Shown piece after piece: positions 9,401 to 17,676 of a DNA stretch of 64,000 bases. Where the stretch lies: contig CAWEXO010000014.1 in NCBI GenBank assembly GCA_963813025.1, positions 352,001 through 416,000 on the forward strand. The letters run 5' to 3'. The stretch's first letter is position 1, and every line of letters starts with the position of its first letter. Source of the DNA: an uncultured Verrucomicrobiae bacterium. Its GTDB lineage: Bacteria; Verrucomicrobiota; Verrucomicrobiia; Chthoniobacterales; JAFAMB01. The position numbers and the translations under genes are program-made. Below the pieces are notes generated by a model. It was not told where the DNA came from, made no database searches, and worked only from the letters and a program-made list of their open reading frames with translations.

Positions 9401-9539
9401 GTGCGCCAAAAACTCCGTCTCGATCGCACAAAGCCAGTGCCGGCAAATCAAGATGTGCGGCCCTATAAGCAAGATGTTCCGGAGAAGAACTGCCCCGCAG
9501 GAAACTGAAGGCACTGCGAGCATGAAGTTCAGCGTACAT
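6447..9539 (-). CDS. dnaE2: Error-prone DNA polymerase III alpha DnaE2 (ImuC)
   Basis: PHP domain YAELHARSAFSFL, GRGSAANS, PDIDLD, RQRPGTAKG OB fold, C-terminal SHDF motif. Confidence 0.96.
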   Translation of the reverse strand: MYAELHARSAFSFLRGSSSPEHLAYRAAHLDLPALALCDRDGVFGAPRLHTAAQESGIRALVGSELTMEDETVLPVLVQSRQGYQNLCRLISRNKLRSPKNEGRVRWAELPEFAAGLICLTGDEEGPLRQSLARGDFGQAQQRLELLCQIFDADHLFVEIQRHARREEQWANQQLIQLSERFRRKLVATNGVLYATPDRRTALDVFSCARHHTHLDAAGRLLEPNAERHLKSAAEMQELFPDLAKAIDNTVAVAREIEFTLENLGYQFPNFPVPAGEDMDSYLTKVTRRGATERYHEVTGKVRAQLERELALIRQLGFSGYFLIVWDLVQYCRKANIMVQGRGSAANSSVCYSLGITAVDPVGANLLFERFLSEGRKGWPDIDLDLPSGDRREQVIQEVYRRYGRRGAAMTANVITFRDRSAMRETGKALNLPEEVMDRFSRLQANGDFPHTMQAGDQLRQAGLPADHPRVAAFLSIYQAIQGLPRHLGQHSGGMVICEGRLDSVVPIESATMADRSVIQWDKEDCEDLGIIKVDLLGLGMMAALQDAIELCQQRNRPVDLTELPKNDPATYDMLCRAETIGVFQVESRAQMATLPRMQPREFYDLVIEVAIIRPGPIQGHLMHPYLARREGSEPITYLDDRLIPVLQRTLGVPLFQEQMLKIAMVLANFSGDEAEELRRALSFHRSQERMQRVEKKLRRALAANGISKEIAQKIIAAITSFALYGFPESHAISFALITYASSWMKVHRGPEFFVSLLNNQPMGFYSSATLIKDAQRRHIRVQPISLAESDWLCTVVSDDTIRLGFCVLQGVSRERLEQMLMQRKQNPFNNVADFLARTSFARDELRILAKAGALNSLAGHRRNALWSVEGEFHRDEFFTATETTGKSPLSAMEPAERLAADFSTMHLTTGPHPMGYLRSALPDDIWRSADLVAGSDGIRLRVAGLTICRQRPGTAKGFVFLSLEDETGITNVIVTPKVFEKNRLVISQESFLLIEGVLQKRSGTIHIRAQRIERLPTASLETARSHDFC

Positions 9540-9546
9540 GGGGAGG

Positions 9547-9640
9547 GGAGTTGCAGGAGTTGCAGGAGTTGCAGGAGTTGCAGGAGTTGCAGGAGTTGCA
9601 GGAGTTGCAGGAGTTGCAGGAGTTGCAGGAGTCAGGAGTC
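9547..9640. repeat. Tandem repeat (GGAGTTGCA)x9 followed by GGAGTC units
   Basis: Read directly; lies between the imuB stop and the dnaE2 start. Confidence 0.95.
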
Positions 9641-9681
9641 AGTTGTTCAGTTACCTCCCTCCGCTGAACCCGCTCCCTCCG

Positions 9682-11304
9682 CTAATCATACTCCCCCACG
9701 ATCGCCCAATGATCAGCCGTTTGGGCGACGCGATAAATACCGCCCTGGTCTAACTCGATATCCCATTCTTCGGTTCTCCAGCTGGCGCGATCCCACCAGT
9801 GACCAGATAGTTTCCAGGGACCGGCACTCTCCCGGATTTTTCCCGAGATTGTGCTGCTTTGCACGGTGGCAGGTTTACCTTGATGAATTTGGATCCGTGC
9901 GGACAGGGCAGGACGGTAACGGCGGAGAGCCGGTCCGATACGGAAAGTTCGAGCCGGACTGGCGGTCCGAGCCGGACTGGCGGTTCGAGCCGGACTGGCG
10001 GTTCGAGCCGGACTGGCAGAAACGCTTGACGACGATGACCAGGAGAAATCAGGCAGTTTTAATTGAAAGCAATCTGGCTGATGCGTGTCACTCTGACTGG
10101 GAACACCGATCTGATCATTGCCAACCAAAGCGGCTAGCCGGGCCAACGTTTGAAAAAAACGATTGGGATCTTTGAGGCCACCTTGAAAAAGATCGAATTG
10201 ATGATGGTCGGGATGGCTGGGCAGCGCCTCCATAAGAAATGCGACGATTGGGGCGGAAGTTTGCACCGTTTCCAGATATTGCCCGCAGATCCGAAAAAGC
10301 GCTTCGGGATCACGCGTAGGAGCAGGAATTTGCAGGTGACGCACGATTTTTTTACCATTTTCGAGCGAGATCTGCAGGCGCAGTGCAGCGATGAGCCGAT
10401 AAACTGCCTCTACCCGTAAAGAAAGCCGCTCAAGAAAGCGGCGGAGAATAAAAAGAAGCGCTTCGAGAGTTTCCAATCGGTAATCGAATTCGATGCTCTC
10501 GACGAAAGTTTCCGGCGGTTGAACATAGTGCAAAACATTCTTGAAACGTCCGGCTGCCCGATCCCAGAGCGATAGCCCTTCCAAGCCCAGCCGATGTCCA
10601 ACGTCCTCTCTGGGCAGACGAGTCAGATCTCCAAGTGTCCGAATTCCCCAATTTTGCAATATGTCGAGCAGGTAGGGAGAAGGGGAAAGCGATTCCAAGG
10701 GCAAGGTTTGTAATGAATCGCCAAAAATTTCCCGAATCGGGTCAGCAATTTTCGCGGCCTGTAAAGCGATCTCCGGATTCTGGCCAACTCCGGCTTGCGC
10801 TTTAAATCCGAGTTGTCGGAGCTGAGCCAGGAGTTCCTGAAGCCAAGATTGATGCGAATGGGTCTTCTTGCTTTTTAAGTCGAGGGTACAAACTCCTGGA
10901 GCAGTCATTTCCAGGTAGGGTGAAAATCGATAAGCAATCTGGAGTAAGGTTTGTTGGAGTTGTTCTTCGCGCGAAGGCTTAGCCCCGAGCAAAAGGATCG
11001 TCGGCGCTCGGGCGATCGCGAGTCCGGTAGTACTTCCCGGCGGAATACCCGCAGCGAGCGCAACGGGGTTCACTTCGCTGACATGTAATCCTTCTGAATC
11101 CAGTAGCCCAACTGGAATTTTAAAACACAAGTCATCAATTCCAAAGCCTGGCGTCCGGACCGATTGGACGGAGGTGAAAATACAAAGATTATTTGATGAC
11201 TGCTCATCGTATTTATCTCGTAATAGATGATCTTGCCAAGCACATTGTAATTTGTAGAAAGGCACATAAATCACGCCAAATGAGTGACTTTTAGGCGAAA
11301 GCAT
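9682..11304 (-). CDS. imuB: ImuB, catalytically inactive Y-family polymerase homolog
   Basis: FSPYLE, WGIRTLGDL, QFDLF clamp motif, GPWKLSGHWW...EEWDIE, ends GEYD; located between imuA-like gene and dnaE2; ATG at 11304. Confidence 0.9.
   Translation of the reverse strand: MLSPKSHSFGVIYVPFYKLQCAWQDHLLRDKYDEQSSNNLCIFTSVQSVRTPGFGIDDLCFKIPVGLLDSEGLHVSEVNPVALAAGIPPGSTTGLAIARAPTILLLGAKPSREEQLQQTLLQIAYRFSPYLEMTAPGVCTLDLKSKKTHSHQSWLQELLAQLRQLGFKAQAGVGQNPEIALQAAKIADPIREIFGDSLQTLPLESLSPSPYLLDILQNWGIRTLGDLTRLPREDVGHRLGLEGLSLWDRAAGRFKNVLHYVQPPETFVESIEFDYRLETLEALLFILRRFLERLSLRVEAVYRLIAALRLQISLENGKKIVRHLQIPAPTRDPEALFRICGQYLETVQTSAPIVAFLMEALPSHPDHHQFDLFQGGLKDPNRFFQTLARLAALVGNDQIGVPSQSDTHQPDCFQLKLPDFSWSSSSSVSASPARTASPARTASPARTASPARTFRIGPALRRYRPALSARIQIHQGKPATVQSSTISGKIRESAGPWKLSGHWWDRASWRTEEWDIELDQGGIYRVAQTADHWAIVGEYD
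9948..10018. repeat. In-frame 18-bp tandem repeat (about 4 copies) inside imuB
   Basis: GAGCCGGACTGGCGGTTC units encode SPARTA repeats. Confidence 0.9.
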
Positions 11305-11926
11305 AGTGTTTTTCCGAAGTGAAACCTCGGTGATAGGGTTGGAATGAAATTTTTGTGAGAATTTGCTGAGAGAGTGATGACAGATCAGCAAATGTCAGGG
11401 CTTCGTTCAGCTGGATCGTTGCTCCAGCGTTTATGACCGTTCGATCATGGGCCAAAACAAGGAGTGCCGTTCGGCTTTGCTCCGCTAACCGCTGAAGCCG
11501 ATACCATGTTGGTCCGGGAATTTTGCGGCTATCCAAATTCTGTTTCAGATCAAGAATGGCCAAAGCTAGGTTGCCGTCCCGGAGCAAAAGATCGGTGGCT
11601 TTAAGGGCTTGCGGCGTGTTCTGACAGCGAATCCAGAGCAAAAGGGGCATTTGTCCAAAAGGATCAAACCCGTTTTTGCCGTCCACGAGCCCGACAAATT
11701 GGGAAGATGCCTGCATCGCGAGAATGAGATGATGCAGCAGGAGAGCGGTTCCAGTGCTGGGAAGGGAACTTATTAATTGAGTGATTGCTCCGCGAACCAA
11801 ACCGCCTCCGAGAGCTTTGTCCAAAACGGGTATCCCCGTAGAGAGGAGGGTAACCGGTCTAAACGTTTCCTGCGGGAACCGGGTCTCCAGCACTTTCCGC
11901 AATTCAATGACTTTGGCGGCAGGCAT
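11291..11926 (-). CDS. imuA: ImuA / RecA-like accessory protein of the mutasome
   Basis: STGIPVLDKALGGGLVRGAIT, degenerate Walker A, VDGKNGFDP, ATDLLLRDG, WYRLQRLAEQS; ATG at 11926. Confidence 0.82.
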   Translation of the reverse strand: MPAAKVIELRKVLETRFPQETFRPVTLLSTGIPVLDKALGGGLVRGAITQLISSLPSTGTALLLHHLILAMQASSQFVGLVDGKNGFDPFGQMPLLLWIRCQNTPQALKATDLLLRDGNLALAILDLKQNLDSRKIPGPTWYRLQRLAEQSRTALLVLAHDRTVINAGATIQLNEALTFADLSSLSQQILTKISFQPYHRGFTSEKHYAFA

Positions 11927-11946
11927 AGTGTTCAAAAGAACACTAT
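11925..11946. promoter_or_regulatory. LexA (SOS) box, Verrucomicrobia type TGTTC-N4-GAACA
   Basis: ATAGTGTTC-AAAA-GAACACTAT, perfect 9-bp arms next to the imuA start codon. Confidence 0.85.
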
Positions 11947-11967
11947 CGAGAACGTTTTATTTGTCAA
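11940..11967 (-). promoter_or_regulatory. Putative sigma70 promoter of imuA-imuB-dnaE2
   Basis: TTGACA (11967-11962), 16-nt spacer, TAGTGT (11945-11940); the -10 overlaps the SOS box. Confidence 0.55.
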
Positions 11968-12185
11968 TCAAGTTGCGAGTCCCCGAGTCCCGAGTTCCGA
12001 GTGGCGAGTCCAGGAGTTGGAGAAGCCAGGAGTGATAAGTGATCAGTGATCGGTAATCAGTTGTTCAGCTAGTTCTTCCGCTCAAGCCGCTACTTATCCC
12101 GCCTTGGTCGTCATCGCGACTACGCCAGGATGCTGAAGCCGGCGTTGGCGCCTGTCGCAGTTCGCCAGGTAATCGCCTCAGCTAG

Positions 12186-12560
12186 ATGCACGCGAATCTC
12201 TGGTTTTGGATCGCCTTTCATGCCGGCGTGCTCGGCGTGCCGGCGGCCTATCAACACCGGGTGCTCTTTTGGGGTGTTCTGAGCGCGCTGGTTCTGGTGT
12301 TCTGATCGCTTTAGGTGTTGCGCTGATTCAGTTGTTTCACTGGGTGCTTTATCTCTTTTGGTGCCTTTTTGGTCGTCACAGGGATAAATGTTCTTTGGCG
12401 GAAGGAAAACGATTGATATCGAAAAAAACCGTTGATCTGGCTGGCGCGCAAGCTCTTGCCCGTAAGCGATACCTACGACGGCATGCGCTTTGCCGTTCGC
12501 CGTGGTTGGCCTGGTTCTGCTGGTCGCGACTGGGCTTTCCTTGCTGGTGAACCGGCAGCA
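12186..12560 (+). pseudogene. Degenerate TerC/Alx-family membrane protein remnant
   Basis: Fragments in shifting frames: MHANLWFWIAFHAGVLG, VPAAYQHRVLFWGVLSALVL, LIALGVALIQLFHWVLYLF, WLARKLLPVSDTYDGMRFAVR; large parts are missing. Confidence 0.7.
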
Positions 12561-12693
12561 TCCGGCCCGGAGAGTGCCGCTCGCGAAGCCCACTAACGAT
12601 TCACTACCGGTTACCAATGTACGATGATAACTAATCAAAACACCTCGCGTCTGTCGGCCGAGCTGGAAACCCTGCCGATTCCCGTTGGGCAGC

Positions 12694-12789
12694 TCAGGGT
12701 GATTGATTGGGATCGTCCCTTATACAGACCCACCAAACGCAGCCAACTAAGGTAATTCCTAGAAACAGAAAGACTCCCAACGGTAGCAT
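12694..12789 (-). CDS. Putative 31-aa small membrane protein
   Basis: MLPLGVFLFLGITLVGCVWWVCIRDDPNQSP, preceded by AGGGAGGG. Confidence 0.45.
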   Translation of the reverse strand: MLPLGVFLFLGITLVGCVWWVCIRDDPNQSP

Positions 12790-12944
12790 ATGCCCTCCCT
12801 GATGACGGAATGGGGCCCGTGAGTCAAAACCAAATTCTCAATTCGGATTAAAATTTTTCAGAATCGGGCAATAACCTGTCTCAGAATCCGCTTTCAACAA
12901 GCAACAGACTCTCCGGCGAAGCCGGCGAGTCCTGTTGCTGCAGG

Positions 12945-14252
12945 CTAATGGAACAGGCGGTCAAGCAGCGTTTTGGCAGCCTCTCTGGCGTTTTGTTTAA
13001 GGTCATTCGACAACGCGCCTCGGATCGCAGTCACCAAACGTTTCGAGAGATCTTCTCGCGGCTGGCGAAGTGTGCCACTCACGTTGACCCAGGTCCACCG
13101 CAGACCATCTCGCTGCTCCAGGAAAACTTTCTCAGTCGCGCCAGGAATTGATGATAAGAAGTCAGGAGCAACTCCGACCAGGAGAACGCCGGCTAGATCC
13201 TCTCCACGGATGGTGCCGCTGCCCGTGACCCGGATCTGGTCATCATGCCGCGCTTGCAGCTCGCTGATCGTCACGATCTGATCGGCGTACTGTATTTTTG
13301 CCGTCAATTGGTCAAGTGGGATTTCCGCAAAACCGCCTGCTTTGACGAAGGACTGAAATTTTCCGAAAAATCCGGAAAGATCCAGTTTGAGGTTGGTGAT
13401 TTGCAGGCCTCCGGTGGCTTGTCCGCGCTCGAACCGATCCAGATCGCCCGAATAGTCCGCTCTACCTGAGGCGATACCGTCTTGCCCGGTGCTCCGCGGA
13501 GAAATCGCGTTCAGACTGACGTTGGCAAACTCCGCATGAAGATGAGCCAGCGGCGGTCCAGGGACGGCGATTGAACCGCGAAGATGCACAATCCCGCCGG
13601 GGCCGGCCCGAAATGTCGCGTCTTGGATTTGGACGGACTGTCTGCTCACTTCGCCGGTGGCAGCAACCAGATTGGCCGGGAGGAATGCCGGGTGGGACAA
13701 CTCGCCTCCCATAACTTTCACGGTCCACACACCCGCACCATTCTGCTTGGCGTTTACCTGGGAGCCGGACAGCGTGCCCTGAATGTGTTCATCCTTGCTC
13801 CAGTGCAAATCCAGCCGCCTGATCAACAAGCTGGTGATTCGGAAATCGATATTCCAGGATGCCCAACGGAATCGAGGCGGGCTGGCCGGAGGATTTACTG
13901 GTCGCGGCTTTCGACCGAGCTCAACATCTACTTGATCGACGGTTAACTGATCGAAAATAACGCGACCGAGCAGAAGATCGAACCAGCGCAGGTGGGCTGA
14001 GATATTCTTGGCGTGGACCGAGATCAATTTACTTTTCGGTCCCCCGACCGCGTGAAAATCTTCTGAGTTAAAAGTCGTTCCCTTCCAAGTCAAGCGTCCG
14101 AATTGCCCGGCGGTTGCGCCTAAGGAATGACTTACCTTTCGGCTGAGCCAGCCACGAAAATTGTCGCTCTGGAAAAGGGCAATCGCGCTCAGCACGCCGA
14201 GCAAAACGACGATGACGATCGTACCACCAATGAGAAAAATCCTGCGTTTCAC
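12945..14252 (-). CDS. AsmA-like envelope protein
   Basis: N-terminal TM anchor, beta-rich body, C-terminal VSGTLRQPREDLS typical of AsmA-like C-termini; GTG start inferred. Confidence 0.65.
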   Translation of the reverse strand: MKRRIFLIGGTIVIVVLLGVLSAIALFQSDNFRGWLSRKVSHSLGATAGQFGRLTWKGTTFNSEDFHAVGGPKSKLISVHAKNISAHLRWFDLLLGRVIFDQLTVDQVDVELGRKPRPVNPPASPPRFRWASWNIDFRITSLLIRRLDLHWSKDEHIQGTLSGSQVNAKQNGAGVWTVKVMGGELSHPAFLPANLVAATGEVSRQSVQIQDATFRAGPGGIVHLRGSIAVPGPPLAHLHAEFANVSLNAISPRSTGQDGIASGRADYSGDLDRFERGQATGGLQITNLKLDLSGFFGKFQSFVKAGGFAEIPLDQLTAKIQYADQIVTISELQARHDDQIRVTGSGTIRGEDLAGVLLVGVAPDFLSSIPGATEKVFLEQRDGLRWTWVNVSGTLRQPREDLSKRLVTAIRGALSNDLKQNAREAAKTLLDRLFH

Positions 14253-14330
14253 GCTGCTGCCACTGTAGCTCAGGATTTGAAAGGGCAAAAATTTGGGTAA
14301 GACCCACGGTCTTGTGCATCAGCCTTCGAT

Positions 14331-14649
14331 CGGGCGTGTCGGACTTCGGTTTCTTGTTTGGCAGAGCCAATTTATCGTTCGGGCGCTATTCATCGGCAAA
14401 AAATCGGCGAATGTCCCCAACGTGGTCTTGTCTGACGGTCGGTAGGGCGAGAATTCATCCGAGCCTTCGGCGAGGACTCGTTCGAGCCGGACGTTGGGAT
14501 TTCGCCGCGCCCAAAAACGGCTCAAACAAGTTCTCGCCTGGCGCTCAAATGAATTTTCGCCCTACCGATCGTGTCCGGTCGCGAAACAAATTACAAAAAT
14601 CGTACCGACGTGCTCCAAAGTCCGACAGACCCGGGGTCGTCCGCGCTAC
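14331..14649. repeat. Nested repeat cluster: intact family A palindrome (14440-14567) inside GTCGGACTT/AAGTCCGAC arms
   Basis: CGGTAGGGCGAGAATTCAT...ATGAATTTTCGCCCTACCG; outer arms at 14331-14348 and 14615-14649. Confidence 0.85.
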
Positions 14650-14661
14650 GGGACGTAGCCG

Positions 14662-15237
14662 TCATTGCCGCAAAATCTGGCGTCGGAATACGAAAGCCAG
14701 GATGCCGAGCGGAGGAATTGCGAAAAGATGCCAGTACCCAGTCCAGGGCGGGAAAGGCGGTTTGACGTCGATAAAGGCGACCACCGTTGTAGTGTCTTCG
14801 CCCGCCCGAAGCTTAAGCTCTAGTTGCCACTTTCCGGCTTTCGGCAAGTTGACGGTGTTCGAGTACAGCAGCCGATTACCTCCCGCGCCGAGGATGAGGT
14901 GCACGCCGCCGGGCGTGATTGCTCGCGAATTTAGGCAGGCGGGCGGCATCCAGGCCGGCGCGGTCGCGTTTAACTCTATCGGAATGAGCGTGAGGAGAAC
15001 TGTTCCATCAAGCACCGGTTGTTTGGTGTCCAGTCCTTCCAGGAACAAGCTGAAATCGACCAGCCCCGCGCGGAGCGTGCCCGGGTCACTAAACAGTGTC
15101 ACGCGAAAAGGGCCGCCGGTGCTCTCCAACTGGACTGCGCCGCCGTCGCCTCGCGCATCCTGGCGAGAAGAGAGGGCCAGCACGGCGGCAAGCGCGACCG
15201 TCTGGAGCCATCGAAATTTCCCGCACTTCGTGTTCAC
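14662..15237 (-). CDS. Hypothetical exported protein with C-terminal membrane anchor
   Basis: Signal peptide, DGG start of mature protein, beta-rich domain (NRLLY...GKWQL), C-terminal TM; last gene of the respiratory cluster. Confidence 0.7.
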   Translation of the reverse strand: MNTKCGKFRWLQTVALAAVLALSSRQDARGDGGAVQLESTGGPFRVTLFSDPGTLRAGLVDFSLFLEGLDTKQPVLDGTVLLTLIPIELNATAPAWMPPACLNSRAITPGGVHLILGAGGNRLLYSNTVNLPKAGKWQLELKLRAGEDTTTVVAFIDVKPPFPPWTGYWHLFAIPPLGILAFVFRRQILRQ

Positions 15238-17494
15238 GGCATAAAAGACCCGCGCATTTCCATCGGTTCAAAAAGGATCAGCAGACCAACAAGGAAAAGC
15301 GAGGTACCAAGCGTTGCCCAAGGCAGGAAAGCTCTGATCGGCCGGGCCGCGGCATTGAGCTGGCTGATCTTCCAAAAAGCGTAGAGGGCAAGGAGCAGGC
15401 CAGCATCCAGAATAAGGATCTGAAAGTCGAGTATCTCGGGAATACCCCAGGACTGGATGTTCCAGGCCGGCGGGATTCCCGGGGTGATCCGCAGGTCGGC
15501 GGTGATCCTCTGAATCACGGGGATAAAAGCGTGCGCCGCGGTGAAGAGGTGAAAGCAGTTGTGGGCAATCCACATCGCTGCGCCAAGCGGAACGAGTCCC
15601 ATTGCGAAAGAACAGAACACGCGAGAAAAAGGTTTGGCAATCATTCCGGCCCGCCGGCTGAGGAAGGTGCAGCTCGCTACCAGGACCAGGGGCAACAGGA
15701 CCAAAGCGATCAAAAAAAAGACCAGTAGAGTGAGTGGACGCGAAAACAGCCCCGATTGCAGAGAGTAACGATTGATGGCAAGCGAGACGGGAGTCAGCAT
15801 GGCCGCGGCGCTGGCAAACGCCCCGAAAACCAGCACCAGCACAAGCGCCGCCAGATCAGGCCGGTTAGCAAAACGCCCGATGGAGGAGCGGACCCGATCA
15901 TTCCAGAGTTCCCGGCCGGGGAAGGATCGCAAAATGCCGACGTTCGTGTGGGGACATGCCTTCACACAATCCAGACAGAACGTGCAGTCGAGATTCCCTT
16001 TCTTCCGTGGCTGGAACAGTTGGAGTTCGCAACCGCGCTGCGTCGCGTTTCCATGCAAGCAATCGAACGTCCGGCAGGTCCGACAAACGTCCGGGTTCTG
16101 CACCCGCACTTCAGTTGGGGAAGTGAGCGCCTGGACGAAATGAAATTGACCGATCGGGCAGATGTATTTGCAGAAGCTCGCTCCTTTGAACCAGCCGTCG
16201 ACCAGCGTTGCCGCTGCGAAATAAGCGAGGACAATCCAAGCCGTCAGGAATGGAGAGTTCCATAAGCTGAAAGCTTCGTAGGCCCAGAGGTAGAGCGCGA
16301 CCAAGGCGACAGAAATCCACTTGGAGCGAAGCGCCCTGGGCCAAGCGTGGGAGGCCGGGAAAAGCGGCGTCCGACGTCTCGGACGAGCATAAATGGGCAG
16401 CTCATACAGAAGAGGTTACCGGCCAAGAGAAGAGCCAGAACGGTGAGACCGCGCCAGTGAACCCAGGGAAGGACTCCCGCCAGGTTCATCGGCCCGATTT
16501 GTGGACCCAGAAAGCCGTCGGCGATCACCATAAGAGCGATAACGAGTAAAATGATCTGCAGTGATCGCCGGAAAATTCGTGCGCGCAGCACGTAGATCAG
16601 ACGTGAACGCAGAGGCTGCGTCCGCCGACTTGGCAACGATCGTTTTGGCTTTGGGATCGGCGGTAAAGATTTGGGAAGGTTTCGCGGTGAAAGGAACTCG
16701 AGGGTAATCAACCCGGCTGGAATCAGAAAGATGATTGATCCAGGCACCCACATTATGGTGCCGGCGATGTTTTGATCAGCTACTGCGCTCAGGTTTCCAA
16801 GGCGCGGAACGAGGCCGTACGTTGGATAAAGGACAGCGTTATAGAGAGCGAGAAACGCGGAAAGGCCGGTGTTTTGAATGTCGGCCAGCAAAAGATAAGG
16901 AATCATCGCCCAACGCGGCCAATGCGGACGGCTCGGCCAGGGCTGAATCACCGGCCACCAGAAAAGCAATCCGGTGCTTAGGAAACAAAGGTGTTCAAGC
17001 CGATGCCAGCCGCCCGATTTCAAGGCAAGTTCGTAAAACGCGGGCAAATGCCACCCGAGAGTAACAACAATGAAGGAAACCCAACAGAACGACGGGGTGG
17101 GTTACCCGGCGGGCGATGGCCCGGAAAAAACTGGATTTGAGAATGGGAGCGATTGCCGTTCTGGTAAATGAGCGGGGCAAACCGGTAAGTAGTGGCAGAA
17201 ACGGCTGGCCGAGGAGCAGGAGGGGTGGAATGACCATCATCAGCAGCAAGTGCTGAGTCATGTGGACTTCCAGCAGCAGTCCGGCGAAAGTGTTCAAAGG
17301 CGAGAACAGGGCGATAAAAAGGAGCGGCTAAACCCCCTTCAAAAAAGAATAGTTGGGCCCAACCGAAGCGATGCGGCACCAGATGCCGCAGCTTGCTCCA
17401 GCCCTTGAGGTAGAGCAGGGAGGCGAAAGGAGGACGCCAAAGCAGGCCCGAGTTGGATCGACCAAGAGCTGAAAATTGCGTCAGAAAGATCCAT
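15234..17494 (-). CDS. CtaG-like (caa3 assembly factor) domain fused to a membrane polyferredoxin; frameshifted in this sequence
   Basis: HMTQHLLL, HRLEH..F..TGLLFWWPV, DQNIAGTIMWVPG (CtaG), then CMSCP, CKYICP, CRTCRTFDC, CTFCLDCVKACP, spread over ORFs 16995-17297, 16244-17047 and 15234-16304. Confidence 0.75.
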
Positions 17495-17676
17495 GTGGAC
17501 AGTGCCAGTGCGAGTGTCAGTGCCAGTGGCGATGCGAACTTGAAGGACTGCGATGAATGCTAGCCGCTCCCGCGGTGTCGGAAACTTCGCTGCTTTTCCT
17601 TACGAGAAAAGTTTGAAATAGTTCGTCGGACCTTGCGCGCGATTTTTCAGGCTAACAACTGGCACTGGCACTTGTA

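Noticed and set aside
9547..9640. CRISPR array, or the GVA/SCR repeat ORFs
   Set aside because: Pure 9-bp tandem repeat without spacers and no cas genes; the ORFs are translation artefacts of the repeat
12060..12185. yybP-ykoY riboswitch upstream of the TerC relic
   Set aside because: I could not identify the conserved motif by eye; a covariance search would be needed
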